Source: Gammaproteobacteria bacterium (GTDB lineage: Bacteria > Pseudomonadota > Gammaproteobacteria > JAKBBU01). Taken from it: a stretch of 64,000 nt of DNA. Within the stretch, counting starts at the first letter, position 1. Every line of letters starts with the position of its first letter. A program made the translations under genes and the position numbers. A model generated the notes under the pieces. It saw nothing but the letters and a program-made list of their open reading frames with translations. It did no database searches and was not told the DNA's origin. The stretch is from the NCBI GenBank assembly GCA_021773195.1, contig JAJFKN010000020.1, positions 7,570 to 71,569 of the forward strand. The letters run 5' to 3'. Positions 8,850-19,224 of this stretch are shown here, one piece after another.

Positions 8850-9395
8850 ATGTCTCGAGTAAATAAAAGCCAATATGCCATCCTAGGCTTGCTGAGCAAA
8901 CGCCCCATGTCGGGCTATGATATGAAACGCTTATTGGATCGTATGTCAGGATTTTATTGGTCTGAAAGTAATGCCCAGCTTTATCCTGTTTTAAAAAAAT
9001 TAGCCCAGGAAAACAAAGTGACTTCGGCATTAGACCCAGCCAGTGGTGCGCGTAATCGGATTATTTATACCATTACGAATGCGGGATTGGATTTTTTAAA
9101 AGAATGGTTATTACAACCCGTGGACAGAGCTTGTTACCGAGAAGAAATGATTTTAAAAGTGAGTTTAGGCCACAACATTAATAAGAAAGAATTAATGCGG
9201 CATTTAAAAGATTACAGTGATGATTTGCAAGCTCAAAAAAAGCAGCGGGATAAAGTTCAGCGACACATTGAAACGGACCATGTGGGCCGCGATGACCAAT
9301 TGTATTTGATGATGACCTATGATTTTTCGGAGAAAGTTATTGATGCCAAATTAGCTTGGTGCGAAGAAACATTGAAAAAGCTAGAAACCGCCTAA
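8850..9395 (+). CDS. PadR-family transcriptional regulator
   Basis: Winged-helix PadR signature YAILGLLSKRPMSGYDMKRLL...NAQLYPVLKKLAQEN. Start placed at the ATG at 8850 (RBS AAGGAAA). ORF track begins at 8769. Confidence 0.75.
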   Translation: MSRVNKSQYAILGLLSKRPMSGYDMKRLLDRMSGFYWSESNAQLYPVLKKLAQENKVTSALDPASGARNRIIYTITNAGLDFLKEWLLQPVDRACYREEMILKVSLGHNINKKELMRHLKDYSDDLQAQKKQRDKVQRHIETDHVGRDDQLYLMMTYDFSEKVIDAKLAWCEETLKKLETA

Positions 9396-9535
9396 CTCCA
9401 TAAAATCGTCGAATTTCAGGGAGTGCAACTCCACGAAATTAGCTGATTTTGGGGCATTAAGCATAACTTAACTGATTTTTAATTGAAGGATAATAACCTA
9501 TTGATGTAGGTTAGTGATATGACTAGTCAAAGAAA

Positions 9536-10555
9536 TTACATAGAAATAGTATCTTTCTTAAACTTAGCTATGCGCCATAAAAGCACAGGATGTGCTTGTA
9601 TCGAGCTGACAAGATGATCGTCATTCATAAATAATTCAGGCTCTATGCCTTTACCATTCTTTATTGATTGAATAAAAGCTCGTTCACTTGTTTCAAAAGG
9701 TAACAATGTATTAAAACCATGTCGAACATTAGTAATGACATTAGTTATCCAGTCTTCATTGGAAGCAAAGCCATCATAATAATTGTTTTTCATCACTGGA
9801 ATTAATTTATGTTTTAAATCAGTATGGTCCACTGTGATATCATTCAAAGTGATGTTTAACATATCTTTCTTAGAGCACATCGCAGCGTAGGGAACAAAAA
9901 TAGAGCGAAGTTTCTTCTTGCTGATTTTATTATATTGAAATAATTCATGGGCATCGAAAAAATCCCTTCCAGTTTGGCGTTCTAACAACGCTGTAAGCTT
10001 TCCGGCAGCTAATTCGTGAATATCAAGAACTGGAAGATTGTTTACTTGTTTGTTTGCGAAAGTAACACTGTTTCTGTGCTCAATTGGTAATAAAGGAATG
10101 CGATACATGAAGTTGAGATCTATTTCAAGGTTGCCTTGATTACCTAGCACGCTTGGGTAACGCCAAACCATTTTCCCTCCAGCATGCTCTTTAGGGTGCC
10201 GGATTAAGTTTAGTCCCATGCGCTCAAGTAGATTTTTTATCCTGTTTTCAACCTCAGGGCGCTCTTCTAACATAGTATTCCGATCAACTGCACCTATATA
10301 ATTGAAATCTGCATCAACAGACAACCTTGGCAAATTGAAATGAAATAAATTAAGCGCAGTCCCACCTTTTAGTGCTAACTTGCTAGATAAAAAACTATCT
10401 TCGGCGACTGCATTTAGTAATTCCATGAGCCAAGCAACTTTCTCAATAATTTCCTGGCGATAACCTGATGCCTGTTTTTCTCTTGTTAGACTTTCTCTAG
10501 ATAGGATCATTATATGGTTCCTCCCAAGATTTATTAAGAATAAATTCGGGGACAA
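9536..10555 (-). CDS. AbiEii/DUF1814 nucleotidyltransferase toxin (type IV TA)
   Basis: Motifs LKGGTALNLF and RLSVDADF are characteristic of AbiEii. It lies immediately downstream of, and overlapping, an AbiEi-like gene. Alternative start MILSRE at 10510. Confidence 0.65.
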   Translation of the reverse strand: MSPNLFLINLGRNHIMILSRESLTREKQASGYRQEIIEKVAWLMELLNAVAEDSFLSSKLALKGGTALNLFHFNLPRLSVDADFNYIGAVDRNTMLEERPEVENRIKNLLERMGLNLIRHPKEHAGGKMVWRYPSVLGNQGNLEIDLNFMYRIPLLPIEHRNSVTFANKQVNNLPVLDIHELAAGKLTALLERQTGRDFFDAHELFQYNKISKKKLRSIFVPYAAMCSKKDMLNITLNDITVDHTDLKHKLIPVMKNNYYDGFASNEDWITNVITNVRHGFNTLLPFETSERAFIQSIKNGKGIEPELFMNDDHLVSSIQAHPVLLWRIAKFKKDTISM

Positions 10556-11318
10556 TTAGGTTCCAGTGCTTTAGGTTTTTTACAGCGCCTTTGTAGTGTT
10601 TGTCCATGTAATGACACATTTTAGGGCGATGTTGCATTAATTTAGATAGATGACTTTTTTTCACATCAAACTGCTCTTTATGTTGCTCTAGAAAAAATCC
10701 TAGTTTCGCTATTGTAGTTGCATTACCTAGCCGTAAACAATAAGACATTAGCCGTTCAATATCTAAAAAATGTATGGACTCAAAGGAGCGCCATATTTCT
10801 TCCCAGCCATCACATAATTCTGGTCGATGCAGGGCATCTACCAAAGTGCGCTCAATGGTTGCTACTTGGATGCCCATGCCCATTCGATCATGAATTTTAG
10901 TTTCTATAAATATATCTTCTGGTTTTAATGCTGCAGGATGAGCTAACTGTTGGTACTGTCCATATTTACAGGTGAATTTGCCAATTCGAACATCAGAGTT
11001 AAAGTAAATGATTTGACTAACGGAATAAGCTAGCCCATGAAATTCCATGGCGGTGTGATGGCTAATAACAGCATCACACGTCATGTGCGCTGCGATCGAT
11101 AGGTGATCATTTTCTACGTGGCTGGAGGTGATATAATCGTTAGTTACCAGGTAGTACCCACGACGGATACGGGCCAGATGTTTTTTTGCTAAGTGGTATT
11201 GCAAGGCAGCTTTAAGGGTATTACGGTTAAAGTCACCGAAAGATCGCAAATAGGCGACCAGTTCTTCATGGTGGAACAGCGGATGTTTTTTAAAAAAAGC
11301 CTCAAAATTCATCGTCAT
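10497..11318 (-). CDS. AbiEi-family antitoxin / transcriptional regulator
   Basis: N-terminal wHTH (HEELVAYL...KAALQYHLAKKHLARIRRGYYLV) typical of AbiEi. Genetically coupled to the AbiEii gene. Confidence 0.6.
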   Translation of the reverse strand: MTMNFEAFFKKHPLFHHEELVAYLRSFGDFNRNTLKAALQYHLAKKHLARIRRGYYLVTNDYITSSHVENDHLSIAAHMTCDAVISHHTAMEFHGLAYSVSQIIYFNSDVRIGKFTCKYGQYQQLAHPAALKPEDIFIETKIHDRMGMGIQVATIERTLVDALHRPELCDGWEEIWRSFESIHFLDIERLMSYCLRLGNATTIAKLGFFLEQHKEQFDVKKSHLSKLMQHRPKMCHYMDKHYKGAVKNLKHWNLIVPEFILNKSWEEPYNDPI

Positions 11319-11325
11319 TTTATCT

Positions 11326-11366
11326 ATATGTGAGTAACTACTAATTATATTAGTAGTTACTCACAT
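11326..11366. promoter_or_regulatory. 41-bp perfect palindrome (CATGTGAGTAACTACTAAT-ata-ATTAGTAGTTACTCACATG) upstream of abiEi; candidate autoregulatory operator
   Basis: 19-bp perfect inverted arms read directly. Located 8-48 bp upstream of the AbiEi start codon. Confidence 0.5.
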
Positions 11367-11435
11367 GAAAATCAAACATATTTTGATGGTTATGTAAGCA
11401 GCTACTATTAAATTTAGTATTTACCGGCATTTTGA

Positions 11436-12797
11436 TCAAATAGCCTGAAGCGTTACTTTTAGTCCGAGAACTAAAGCAAAAAGAAAAGACAGCCCAGCTA
11501 AGACCAGCGTTACATGCATTCCTGCAACGAATTGGTGGGCTGTGCTAAGGATGGCGCCGAATAGGGCCACACCCAGTAAGCTGCCCATTTGGCGGCAGGT
11601 AGTGAAAATACCCGATGCCATTCCAGCACGGTTTTCTGGCAGTGAATGAATGGCTATCATGGTGGCTGCAGGCATGGTGAAAGCAATACCGAATCCCGCT
11701 GCCGCTAAAGGAATGACTAGCCAAAGGTAGTCAGGGCCTTGAGCGCCCACTATCAGCAAACTGAAAAAGCCCGCAGCGCCAATAATGAGTCCAATAAGTA
11801 ACGGCTTTTTGGGCCCCTTTTTACTCGCCACCCGTCCCGATAGAAAAGAAGATAGCGCAATCAATGCCACCATAGGGAATACGGCCATACCTGTTTGTAA
11901 CACACTGAAGCCACGAATCTGCTGGAAGTAAAGAGGTATCACAAATAATTCACCATACATACCGGCATTAATGCAAAGGCCGATGATGATCGCCACAACA
12001 AAATTTTTATTTTTAAAGAAAGACAGAGGAACCATAGGATGTGGAGCACGCTTCTCAACCAAGATAAAGACCATGAGACTCAAGATGAAAAGCGAAACAG
12101 CCAATAAAATAGGCCAGGAATACCAGGCATAATTAGCCAATTCAATGAGAGCAAAAGCCAGGCTCGCCATCATCAGTATCACGCAAGTTTGGCCACCCAA
12201 ATCAAAACCTGACGATGCTTGTTTTGCAGTGTTAGGAATTAATCGGTGAATCAGAAAAATTGTGATGATGGCCAGGGGAATATTCACAAAGAAGATCGCT
12301 GGCCAGCTGAACTTCGCCGTTAATACAGCACCTAAAACCGGGCCAGCACCGGCTGCAATACCACCTATGCCGCCCCAAATGCCAATGGCTTTAGCCCGTT
12401 TAATAGGGTCTTGATAGAGGGCATTGAGTAATGCCAAAGAAGCCGGAACGAGCAATGCTGCCGTTGCGCCCTGTAGCAAGCGAAAAGCAATCAAGAACTG
12501 CACCGTAGTAGATAAGCCACATAAGAGTGACGTAATAGCAAAACCCATTAAGCCACAAAGAAAGATTTTTTTAGCGCCCCATTGATCCGCTAAGTGACCA
12601 GAAAAGATAAGCAGTGCAGCAAAGGTCATGGTGTAGCCTGCTACCACCCATTGCAGGCCAGAAATGTTTGTATGTAAGGCTTTGGCCATGGTAGGCAATG
12701 CCACATTGATGATGGTGGCATCCATGATTACCATGAAAAAACCTAAACAAATGGCTAGCAGAGCAAGAGGTTGTTTTCTCGCCGTAGTTAGGTTCAT
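11436..12797 (-). CDS. MFS multidrug efflux transporter, DHA2 (EmrB/QacA, 14-TM) type
   Basis: 453 aa with 14 hydrophobic segments. Translationally abuts the higA stop at 12797. Confidence 0.7.
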   Translation of the reverse strand: MNLTTARKQPLALLAICLGFFMVIMDATIINVALPTMAKALHTNISGLQWVVAGYTMTFAALLIFSGHLADQWGAKKIFLCGLMGFAITSLLCGLSTTVQFLIAFRLLQGATAALLVPASLALLNALYQDPIKRAKAIGIWGGIGGIAAGAGPVLGAVLTAKFSWPAIFFVNIPLAIITIFLIHRLIPNTAKQASSGFDLGGQTCVILMMASLAFALIELANYAWYSWPILLAVSLFILSLMVFILVEKRAPHPMVPLSFFKNKNFVVAIIIGLCINAGMYGELFVIPLYFQQIRGFSVLQTGMAVFPMVALIALSSFLSGRVASKKGPKKPLLIGLIIGAAGFFSLLIVGAQGPDYLWLVIPLAAAGFGIAFTMPAATMIAIHSLPENRAGMASGIFTTCRQMGSLLGVALFGAILSTAHQFVAGMHVTLVLAGLSFLFALVLGLKVTLQAI

Positions 12798-13093
12798 TAA
12801 GCCACCTTAGGTAATTTGAGTGGTTTAAGCTTCAAGCGCTTTCTCAATTTTTCTGCTCGTGCTAGATCATACATGCATTGCATATTCATCCACATTTCAC
12901 TGCTGGTTTTCAGTACGATAGAAAGACGCACGGCCATTTCAGGACTTATACCACTTTTGCCATTAATCAGTTTAGACAATGTCACGCGCCCTACTCCTAG
13001 GCATTTGGCAGCTTCCGTTACCGTTAGGGAAGTGTTATCAATGAGGGAGCGTTTCACAAGTTCACCAGGATGAGGTGGGTTATGCATTGACAT
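12797..13093 (-). CDS. higA: HigA antitoxin (XRE-type HTH)
   Basis: HPGELVKRSLID...LTVTEAAKCLGVGRVTLSKLINGKSGISPEMAVRLSIVL is the HigA/VapI antidote pattern. Directly downstream of higB. Confidence 0.8.
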   Translation of the reverse strand: MSMHNPPHPGELVKRSLIDNTSLTVTEAAKCLGVGRVTLSKLINGKSGISPEMAVRLSIVLKTSSEMWMNMQCMYDLARAEKLRKRLKLKPLKLPKVA

Positions 13094-13104
13094 TATAATG
13101 GCTC

Positions 13105-13383
13105 CTAATGGTAGTCAAAGATATTGACATTCATTGCATCGTTACGTTCAAACTGGAAAACTAAACGCCAATTTTTATTTATGGTCACAGCAAAATAGCC
13201 CTTTAGATTTCCTTTCAGTGAATGGAAGTCATTGCCCGGCGTATTCATATCTTCAGGTCGGGTGGCATTCGCCAGTTGAAACAATAATAGGCGAATCGAG
13301 CTCGTATGTTTCGCTTGAATGCCTGCTGTACTTCCATAGTAGTAAAATTGTTTTAAGCCCTTATGTTTCCAGGTCTTAATCAT
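13105..13383 (-). CDS. higB: HigB toxin (RelE/ParE superfamily, plasmid-maintenance killer)
   Basis: MIKTWKHKGL... start and ...LKGNLKGYFAVTINKNWRLVF core typical of HigB. ORF track starts 30 nt upstream at 13413. Confidence 0.8.
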   Translation of the reverse strand: MIKTWKHKGLKQFYYYGSTAGIQAKHTSSIRLLLFQLANATRPEDMNTPGNDFHSLKGNLKGYFAVTINKNWRLVFQFERNDAMNVNIFDYH

Positions 13384-13745
13384 AATTGTATCCTGTATAC
13401 ATACGGTCGTCAATCCGTGGCTGCTTGAGTTTATAGAAACAGTTTAAGCTCATGATAACAGGAAACAATAAGGCACTTTGTAATCCAGGCGATTCATAAC
13501 GGTTTTAGTACAATCTAGGATAATGCGGAGGTTAAGTTTGCGAAATGTGTTCACAAAAATTTGTCCTGGCAACCTAATACGTAAATTTACCGACTATTTC
13601 CTGGGGAATCATCAGCGTAAAATAGGTAAAAGTTGCAGTGGCTATCAATTCTCAAAATAGTACTTTGAGAACCAGTGATAGCATTCTGATTTTGTAGTAA
13701 TATGCTTAACAACCGTCCAATCATAGCCATAGTTTAATATGATCA

Positions 13746-13759
13746 TATTCTGTTTGCAT
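13746..13759. promoter_or_regulatory. perfect 14-bp palindrome AATATGATCATATT about 28 bp upstream of a TATAAT box preceding the 518-aa membrane protein gene
   Basis: Read directly. TATAAT at 13787-13792, gene start at 13834. Confidence 0.35.
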
Positions 13760-13833
13760 TTGTGTCTTCCAGGCCTTATAATGCGCTCAAAGTCTGGCCA
13801 TTCGCATAAGAAAAACAAAGGAATCAACAGGTT

Positions 13834-15390
13834 ATGCATCAATCTAATAAACCGAATTTTCCGCTTTCGAAGTTGCCATCAGGTCGTACCATCAATAAAC
13901 TTGCTATTGGGGCAGCCTTTGGAACTGGGGTTTCCTCGGCCAGTAAGTTTTACAGTAATGCGGACTATGTGGCCGATAGTCTTTTTGAACTTAATGCCTT
14001 CGGTAATTTAATCTTAACATTTTCTGTTGTTTTCTTTTCAATCCTTATCCTCTATACCTATACAACGAAATACTTCCCTGCCTTAGAGAAATACGGCCAT
14101 GGATATAAAGAAGGTAAAGACATACAAAGAATGTCAGAACATCAACGAGAGGCCTTTCAGATAGGAAAAGTGAATACAGAAGGTCTGCGAATTGAGCAAT
14201 GTCCTGAAAATGATAATCCTAGTTGCTGTGTATGGCTAGGACATAAGTACGACAAAAGTTTCGAATTATTAACCTCTCTTGGTAAGGGATTAGTGGGGGC
14301 GGGTGTTTTAGGATTAAAATTTGGGGAGTTAACAGGAAGTAAGGTCGTTGGCGATTGGGTGGCAGGTTTTGGTTTGCCCATTACTGCGGTGAATGTGGCT
14401 GCTACATTGAATAAAATTGGTGATAATGGTGGCCAAATAACCCAACGTGATGATTCTAGCTATGGCCCTGTAACCTATGCGAGCATTGCACGTGTTGCTG
14501 CATTTAATGGTTTAACGGGTGGAGCCATTACGCTTTATATTTGTCTTTCGGCGGGGTCAAAAAATCTTACCAACATAGAAACTTTTTTAGAGTACTTTTT
14601 GCCATCTATCTATACCAATACTTACACTCGTTGGCCTACATTGATTGCAAGTTGGATAGCATCCTATTGGGTTTTTCAAAGAACCATATTCAGTCAGGGG
14701 CCTGCTATTGATGCTGTGCTTGATAAAATCGTCGCTAAATTTGCATGGATGTTGGCTGCTATTAAATTAATAGGGGCCTTTTCAATTAAATACTTATGTA
14801 CTTGTGGTAAGAATGGGTCTCTTGAACAAGTATGTAGTGACATTGATGATTTGAACGTGGTGCCAACCAGTGATGTTATTAAGGAAACCTCAATCTTTCG
14901 TGTGGTGAGACGTTATATCACAGGGAAAAATGGTGATTATAATGATGATAGTTGGATTGAAAATATTTATCATGGTTTAGCCACGCGTTGCCAATGTTTA
15001 GAAAGTTGGTGGCCTGACTTTAATGATAGTCTGACAACAGCCATACGTGCTATTGTCGGTACCGCCACGTCATTTTATTTGATGGTGAGTCTGACGGCTG
15101 GATTTAGGCCCGCTTGGAATTTGATTGAAGATCTATCTTTCTGGACAGCAGTGGCAATAGGTTCCCTTTTTATATTATTTTCATCAGCTTTTGGAAACTT
15201 TGTTTACCTAAGGCAAGGAAAAAATAAAAATAATAAGCTCATCGGTTTGGTTAAAAATGGTGAGAGTTTTCGTTTATTCAGTCCCAATGAAGGTGTGGCG
15301 CGTGATCTTCGAGTAAACGATGGCGAGGAGAGCAACAGTTTATTACCTGGTGCTGATACCCATACTGTCTATGGAGCTATGGTCCAATAG
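13834..15390 (+). CDS. hypothetical polytopic membrane protein (possible secreted effector/vacuolar membrane protein)
   Basis: 518 aa with multiple hydrophobic segments and no recognisable domain. AT-rich codons by eye. C-terminal Glu-rich stretch DGEESNSLLPG. Flanked by TA modules. Confidence 0.45.
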   Translation: MHQSNKPNFPLSKLPSGRTINKLAIGAAFGTGVSSASKFYSNADYVADSLFELNAFGNLILTFSVVFFSILILYTYTTKYFPALEKYGHGYKEGKDIQRMSEHQREAFQIGKVNTEGLRIEQCPENDNPSCCVWLGHKYDKSFELLTSLGKGLVGAGVLGLKFGELTGSKVVGDWVAGFGLPITAVNVAATLNKIGDNGGQITQRDDSSYGPVTYASIARVAAFNGLTGGAITLYICLSAGSKNLTNIETFLEYFLPSIYTNTYTRWPTLIASWIASYWVFQRTIFSQGPAIDAVLDKIVAKFAWMLAAIKLIGAFSIKYLCTCGKNGSLEQVCSDIDDLNVVPTSDVIKETSIFRVVRRYITGKNGDYNDDSWIENIYHGLATRCQCLESWWPDFNDSLTTAIRAIVGTATSFYLMVSLTAGFRPAWNLIEDLSFWTAVAIGSLFILFSSAFGNFVYLRQGKNKNNKLIGLVKNGESFRLFSPNEGVARDLRVNDGEESNSLLPGADTHTVYGAMVQ

Positions 15391-15613
15391 AGTGTTGTCC
15401 AAAAAAGACTTGAAAAAAGCTCACAACATGCCTCTTCCTTTTCCTGCATACTAACTCCTCCACCTAGGAGGTTGTTATGCCGTCATTATTCAGAAAAATT
15501 TTCTACTTATCCGATACCTTTATCATAAGCCCTATGGCTTACAAACTATTGATGTTTTGTGAGAAACGTCCATGTAAGCTAGGTATTCCCATCTTACACT
15601 TGCCTTGTAGTCA

Positions 15614-15931
15614 ATGTTAGACTACAATAAGGGTGTAGGTGGCATTGTGGAAATATATACCGTTAAGCTGTCTACAAAGGCGCAGTGGGGCTTGAGGCGT
15701 GTTCCTAAACACATTGTGGATAAGCTCATTGACTGGGTTGAAAGTGTAGCGGAGTATGGACTATCTGAAGTGCGTAAGGTGCCAGGCTATCACGATGAAC
15801 CCTTGCGCGGTAAACGTAAGGGGCAACGTTCCATTCGGCTCAGTAGGGCTTATCGAGCAATCTATATGACTGATGAGTCAGAGGATATTCAATTCCTGGA
15901 AGTGATCGAGGTAAACAAACATGAGTATTAA
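15614..15931 (+). CDS. HigB-like/RelE-ParE-family toxin (Gp49-like)
   Basis: GKRKGQRSIRLSRAYRAIY...EVIEVNKHEY motif block. Same block is in the higB at 49031. 11-bp overlap with downstream XRE gene. Confidence 0.6.
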   Translation: MLDYNKGVGGIVEIYTVKLSTKAQWGLRRVPKHIVDKLIDWVESVAEYGLSEVRKVPGYHDEPLRGKRKGQRSIRLSRAYRAIYMTDESEDIQFLEVIEVNKHEY

Positions 15932-16241
15932 CAAAACTACTCGCAAGACATTGGACTTTCTCGAAGATCTAGCTGGCGGGCCTTTGACCTTCGGGCGATT
16001 CCTATGGGCAATACGCGAGGGTGAAGCATTAACGCAAGTTGAGTTTGCCGGAATACTTGATATTTCACGCCAGAATCTTTGTCACATTGAACGGGGGCGT
16101 CGTGCTGTGAGTCCCAGAATGGCTGCTGATTTTGCTGAAAGACTGGGTTATAGCCAGCAACGCTTTGTGCAGTTAGCCATTCAAGATATCTTGGATCGTG
16201 ATGGTCTGCAGTATATTGTTAGACTCAAAGAAGCAGCTTAG
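15921..16241 (+). CDS. XRE-family HTH antitoxin (HigA-like)
   Basis: HTH LTQVEFAGILDISRQNLCHIERGRRAVS. Toxin-upstream arrangement typical of HigBA. Confidence 0.6.
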   Translation: MSINKTTRKTLDFLEDLAGGPLTFGRFLWAIREGEALTQVEFAGILDISRQNLCHIERGRRAVSPRMAADFAERLGYSQQRFVQLAIQDILDRDGLQYIVRLKEAA

Positions 16242-16258
16242 CGAATTGTCAGCAGACC

Positions 16259-18328
16259 CTAGTCTTGTAACAAAGAAATATCCGCAGCTTCTAAGAATAA
16301 CCCACGCAATTGTTTCAATAAGACTAATCGGTTATTACGCAGGGCTTCATCGTCTACCATGACCATGACATCATCGAAGAATTGATCCACGGGTTCACGT
16401 AGCTCGGCTAATTGAGTCAAGGCTTCATTGTATTTACCCGCTTGCAATAGCGGCATGACCTGTTGGCTTTGCTGTGCAATGGCCTTGGCTAAGTTAATTT
16501 CTGCAGTTTCTTGCAACAAATTATCTTGTAACTTATCAGGCAACTTAACCGTGCCCTGTTTCGATAAAATATTACTAACGCGTTTATTAGCCGCAGCGAG
16601 AGATTTCGCTGCAGGGATTTCGCGAAAGGCAATGACGGCTTCCATGCGTTGATGGAAGTCCAAAGGCCTTGCAGGTTGTTTGGCTACGACGGCGGCGAAG
16701 ACATCAGCTTTTACATTGCGTTCTAAATACCAAGCCTTTAAACGTTCAATAATGAAATCATAACAATCTTGCAAGACATTTTGATTTTCCAGCGTAATGT
16801 CATAGGCCTCTTTCGCCTGTTGCAATAAACGCTTTAAATCCAAATCCAATTGTTTTTCTAACATCATGCGTAAAATACCCAATGCGGCGCGGCGTAAGGC
16901 AAAGGGATCTTTATCGCCTGTGGGCGCTTGGTTGATGCCAAAGATACCCACAAGGGTATCCATGCGGTCAGCAATGGCTACGCTCAAGGCTTCTTTGGTT
17001 TCAGGTAATGCATCACCGGAAAAGCGTGGTTGGTAATGTTGGCCAATGGCATGGGCAATGGTTTCGTTTTCATTATCATTCAAAGCATAATAACGTCCCA
17101 TGATGCCCTGCAGTTCGGGGAACTCCCCTACCATATCGGTCATCAAATCGGTTTTAGCTAACAGCCCTGCTCGTTCTGCGCTTTGCGCATCGCCCTTGAT
17201 TTCTTGGGCGACGGTTTTAGCCAATGCCGAAATGCGTTGGGCTTTGTCATGCAGTGTGCCTAGTTTTGCCTGGAATATCACATGCTTTAAGCCATCTATG
17301 CGGCTTTCCAGAGAATGCTTCTGGTCTATATTATAGAAAAATTCGGCATCGCTAAAGCGTGCCGTCATGACTTTCTGGTTACCTTGGATAATAAGAGAAG
17401 GATCTTTGATTTCTAAATTAGACACCGTAATAAAGTAAGGTAATAATTCACCCTGCGTGTCTTCGATATAAAAACATTTTTGGTGATCACGCATCACAGC
17501 AATCAAGGCTTCTTTGGGCACTTGCAAAAAGCGCGCATCAAAGGGCACTAATAAAGGCGCGGGCCACTCTACAATACCTGTCACTTCTTCCAGCAATGCG
17601 GGCTCAATGATTATTTGGCCTTGGACTTTTTTTACCGCGCGCTGACTTAAAGTTTGAATGTGTTGTTTGCGCATGTCAAAGTCTGCAATGACATGGGCTT
17701 TAAATAATGTATCTTCATAATCATCGGCTTTTTTTAATTTAATGGCGTCAGGGGCGTGAAAGCGATGGCCGTAGGTAATATTGCTTGAACTTAAGCCCAG
17801 AATTTCCGTATCAATGACGGTTTTGCCATGCATCAATAAAATCCAATGCACAGGACGTACGAATTCAGCATTACCATTGCCCCAGCGCATGCGTTTGGCG
17901 ATGGGTAATTGTTTGATGGCTTGTTGTAGGATATCTGGCAACAATTCATTTAAGGTCTTACCCGCCTGTTCACTGCGATGCATGAGCCAAGTGCCTTTAT
18001 CGGTTTCTACTTTTTCTAGTTCTTTTACGCTGCAGCCGCAGGATTTGGCAAAGCCTTCACAGGCCTTAGTGGGATTACCATCATTATCAAAGGCAGCCTG
18101 CAATGCAGGGCCTTTACGTTCAATATTTTGTGTGGGTTGCTTGGCCTCTAAATCTTTTACCATGAGAGCAATGCGTCTAGGCGTGGCAAAAGCTTTGATG
18201 TCGGTGAAATTCAAGCCGGCTTTTTTTAGGCTATCTTCAACATTATTTTTTAAGGCGCTGGATAGGGGCAATAAAGACTTAGACGGTAATTCTTCTGTGC
18301 CTATTTCAAAAAGTAAAGTATCACTCAT
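16259..18328 (-). CDS. glyS: glycine--tRNA ligase beta subunit
   Basis: 689 aa, immediately downstream of and overlapping glyQ. Conserved GlyS blocks (e.g. [15 protein letters not shown], anticodon-binding C-terminal domain). Confidence 0.95.
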   Translation of the reverse strand: MSDTLLFEIGTEELPSKSLLPLSSALKNNVEDSLKKAGLNFTDIKAFATPRRIALMVKDLEAKQPTQNIERKGPALQAAFDNDGNPTKACEGFAKSCGCSVKELEKVETDKGTWLMHRSEQAGKTLNELLPDILQQAIKQLPIAKRMRWGNGNAEFVRPVHWILLMHGKTVIDTEILGLSSSNITYGHRFHAPDAIKLKKADDYEDTLFKAHVIADFDMRKQHIQTLSQRAVKKVQGQIIIEPALLEEVTGIVEWPAPLLVPFDARFLQVPKEALIAVMRDHQKCFYIEDTQGELLPYFITVSNLEIKDPSLIIQGNQKVMTARFSDAEFFYNIDQKHSLESRIDGLKHVIFQAKLGTLHDKAQRISALAKTVAQEIKGDAQSAERAGLLAKTDLMTDMVGEFPELQGIMGRYYALNDNENETIAHAIGQHYQPRFSGDALPETKEALSVAIADRMDTLVGIFGINQAPTGDKDPFALRRAALGILRMMLEKQLDLDLKRLLQQAKEAYDITLENQNVLQDCYDFIIERLKAWYLERNVKADVFAAVVAKQPARPLDFHQRMEAVIAFREIPAAKSLAAANKRVSNILSKQGTVKLPDKLQDNLLQETAEINLAKAIAQQSQQVMPLLQAGKYNEALTQLAELREPVDQFFDDVMVMVDDEALRNNRLVLLKQLRGLFLEAADISLLQD

Positions 18329-19224
18329 GCTTGTTCCTCCCGCAACATGGGGAAGCCCAAAGCTTCACGAGCCTCAAAATAGGCTTGGGCAATGCCCCGT
18401 GACAGCGTGCGCACGCGTAAAATATAGCGTTGTCGTTCCGTCACGGAAATAGCATGACGCGCATCTAACAAGTTAAACATGTGTGAGGCTTTTAATACCA
18501 TGTCATAGGCAGGCAACGCTAATTTAGCCGCTAATAAACGTTGGCATTCTTTTTCACAGGTATCGAATTGAGAAAATAACCAAGCCACATCGGCTTGTTC
18601 AAAATTATATGCTGACATTTCCACTTCATTTTGTTTAAACACATCACCATAGGTCATGGTGCCAAGAGGGCCTTGTGTCCACACTAAATCCATCATGTGA
18701 TCCACGCCTTGCAGATACATGGCAATGCGCTCGAGGCCATAAGTTAATTCGCCGGTGACGGGTTTGCAGCTCAAGCCACCCACCTGTTGAAAATAAGTAA
18801 ATTGCGTGATTTCCATGCCGTTTTGCCACACTTCCCAACCTAAACCCCAAGCGCCTAAGGTGGGAGATTCCCAATTGTCTTCCACAAAACGAATGTCTTC
18901 TTTTAAAGGATCAATGCCTAAGGCTTTGAGTGATCCCAAATACAAATCTTGCAAGTTTGCGGGTGAAGGTTTGATGGCCACTTGGAATTGATAATAATGT
19001 TGGGTGCGATTGGGGTTTTCACCGTAGCGGCCGTCCGTGGGACGACGGCAAGGTTGGACAAAGGCTGTAGCCCATGGCTCAGGGCCAATGGCGCGTAAAA
19101 AAGTGGCGGGATGGAAGGTCCCCGCGCCTACTTCCATATCCAAAGGTTGCAAGATGGCACAGCCTTGTTTCGCCCAGTATTGTTGCAAGGTTAAGATGAT
19201 GTCTTGAAAGGTTATTTTAGTCAT
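18325..19224 (-). CDS. glyQ: glycine--tRNA ligase alpha subunit
   Basis: 299 aa. [29 protein letters not shown] and [18 protein letters not shown] are highly conserved GlyQ blocks. Confidence 0.95.
   Translation of the reverse strand: MTKITFQDIILTLQQYWAKQGCAILQPLDMEVGAGTFHPATFLRAIGPEPWATAFVQPCRRPTDGRYGENPNRTQHYYQFQVAIKPSPANLQDLYLGSLKALGIDPLKEDIRFVEDNWESPTLGAWGLGWEVWQNGMEITQFTYFQQVGGLSCKPVTGELTYGLERIAMYLQGVDHMMDLVWTQGPLGTMTYGDVFKQNEVEMSAYNFEQADVAWLFSQFDTCEKECQRLLAAKLALPAYDMVLKASHMFNLLDARHAISVTERQRYILRVRTLSRGIAQAYFEAREALGFPMLREEQA

Noticed and set aside
16428-18452. Antisense ORFs (74-223 aa) inside glyS and glyQ
   Set aside because: They lie opposite highly conserved synthetase genes. Their composition reflects the sense-strand codon bias (Cys/Ser/Ala-rich), and they have no starts with RBS.
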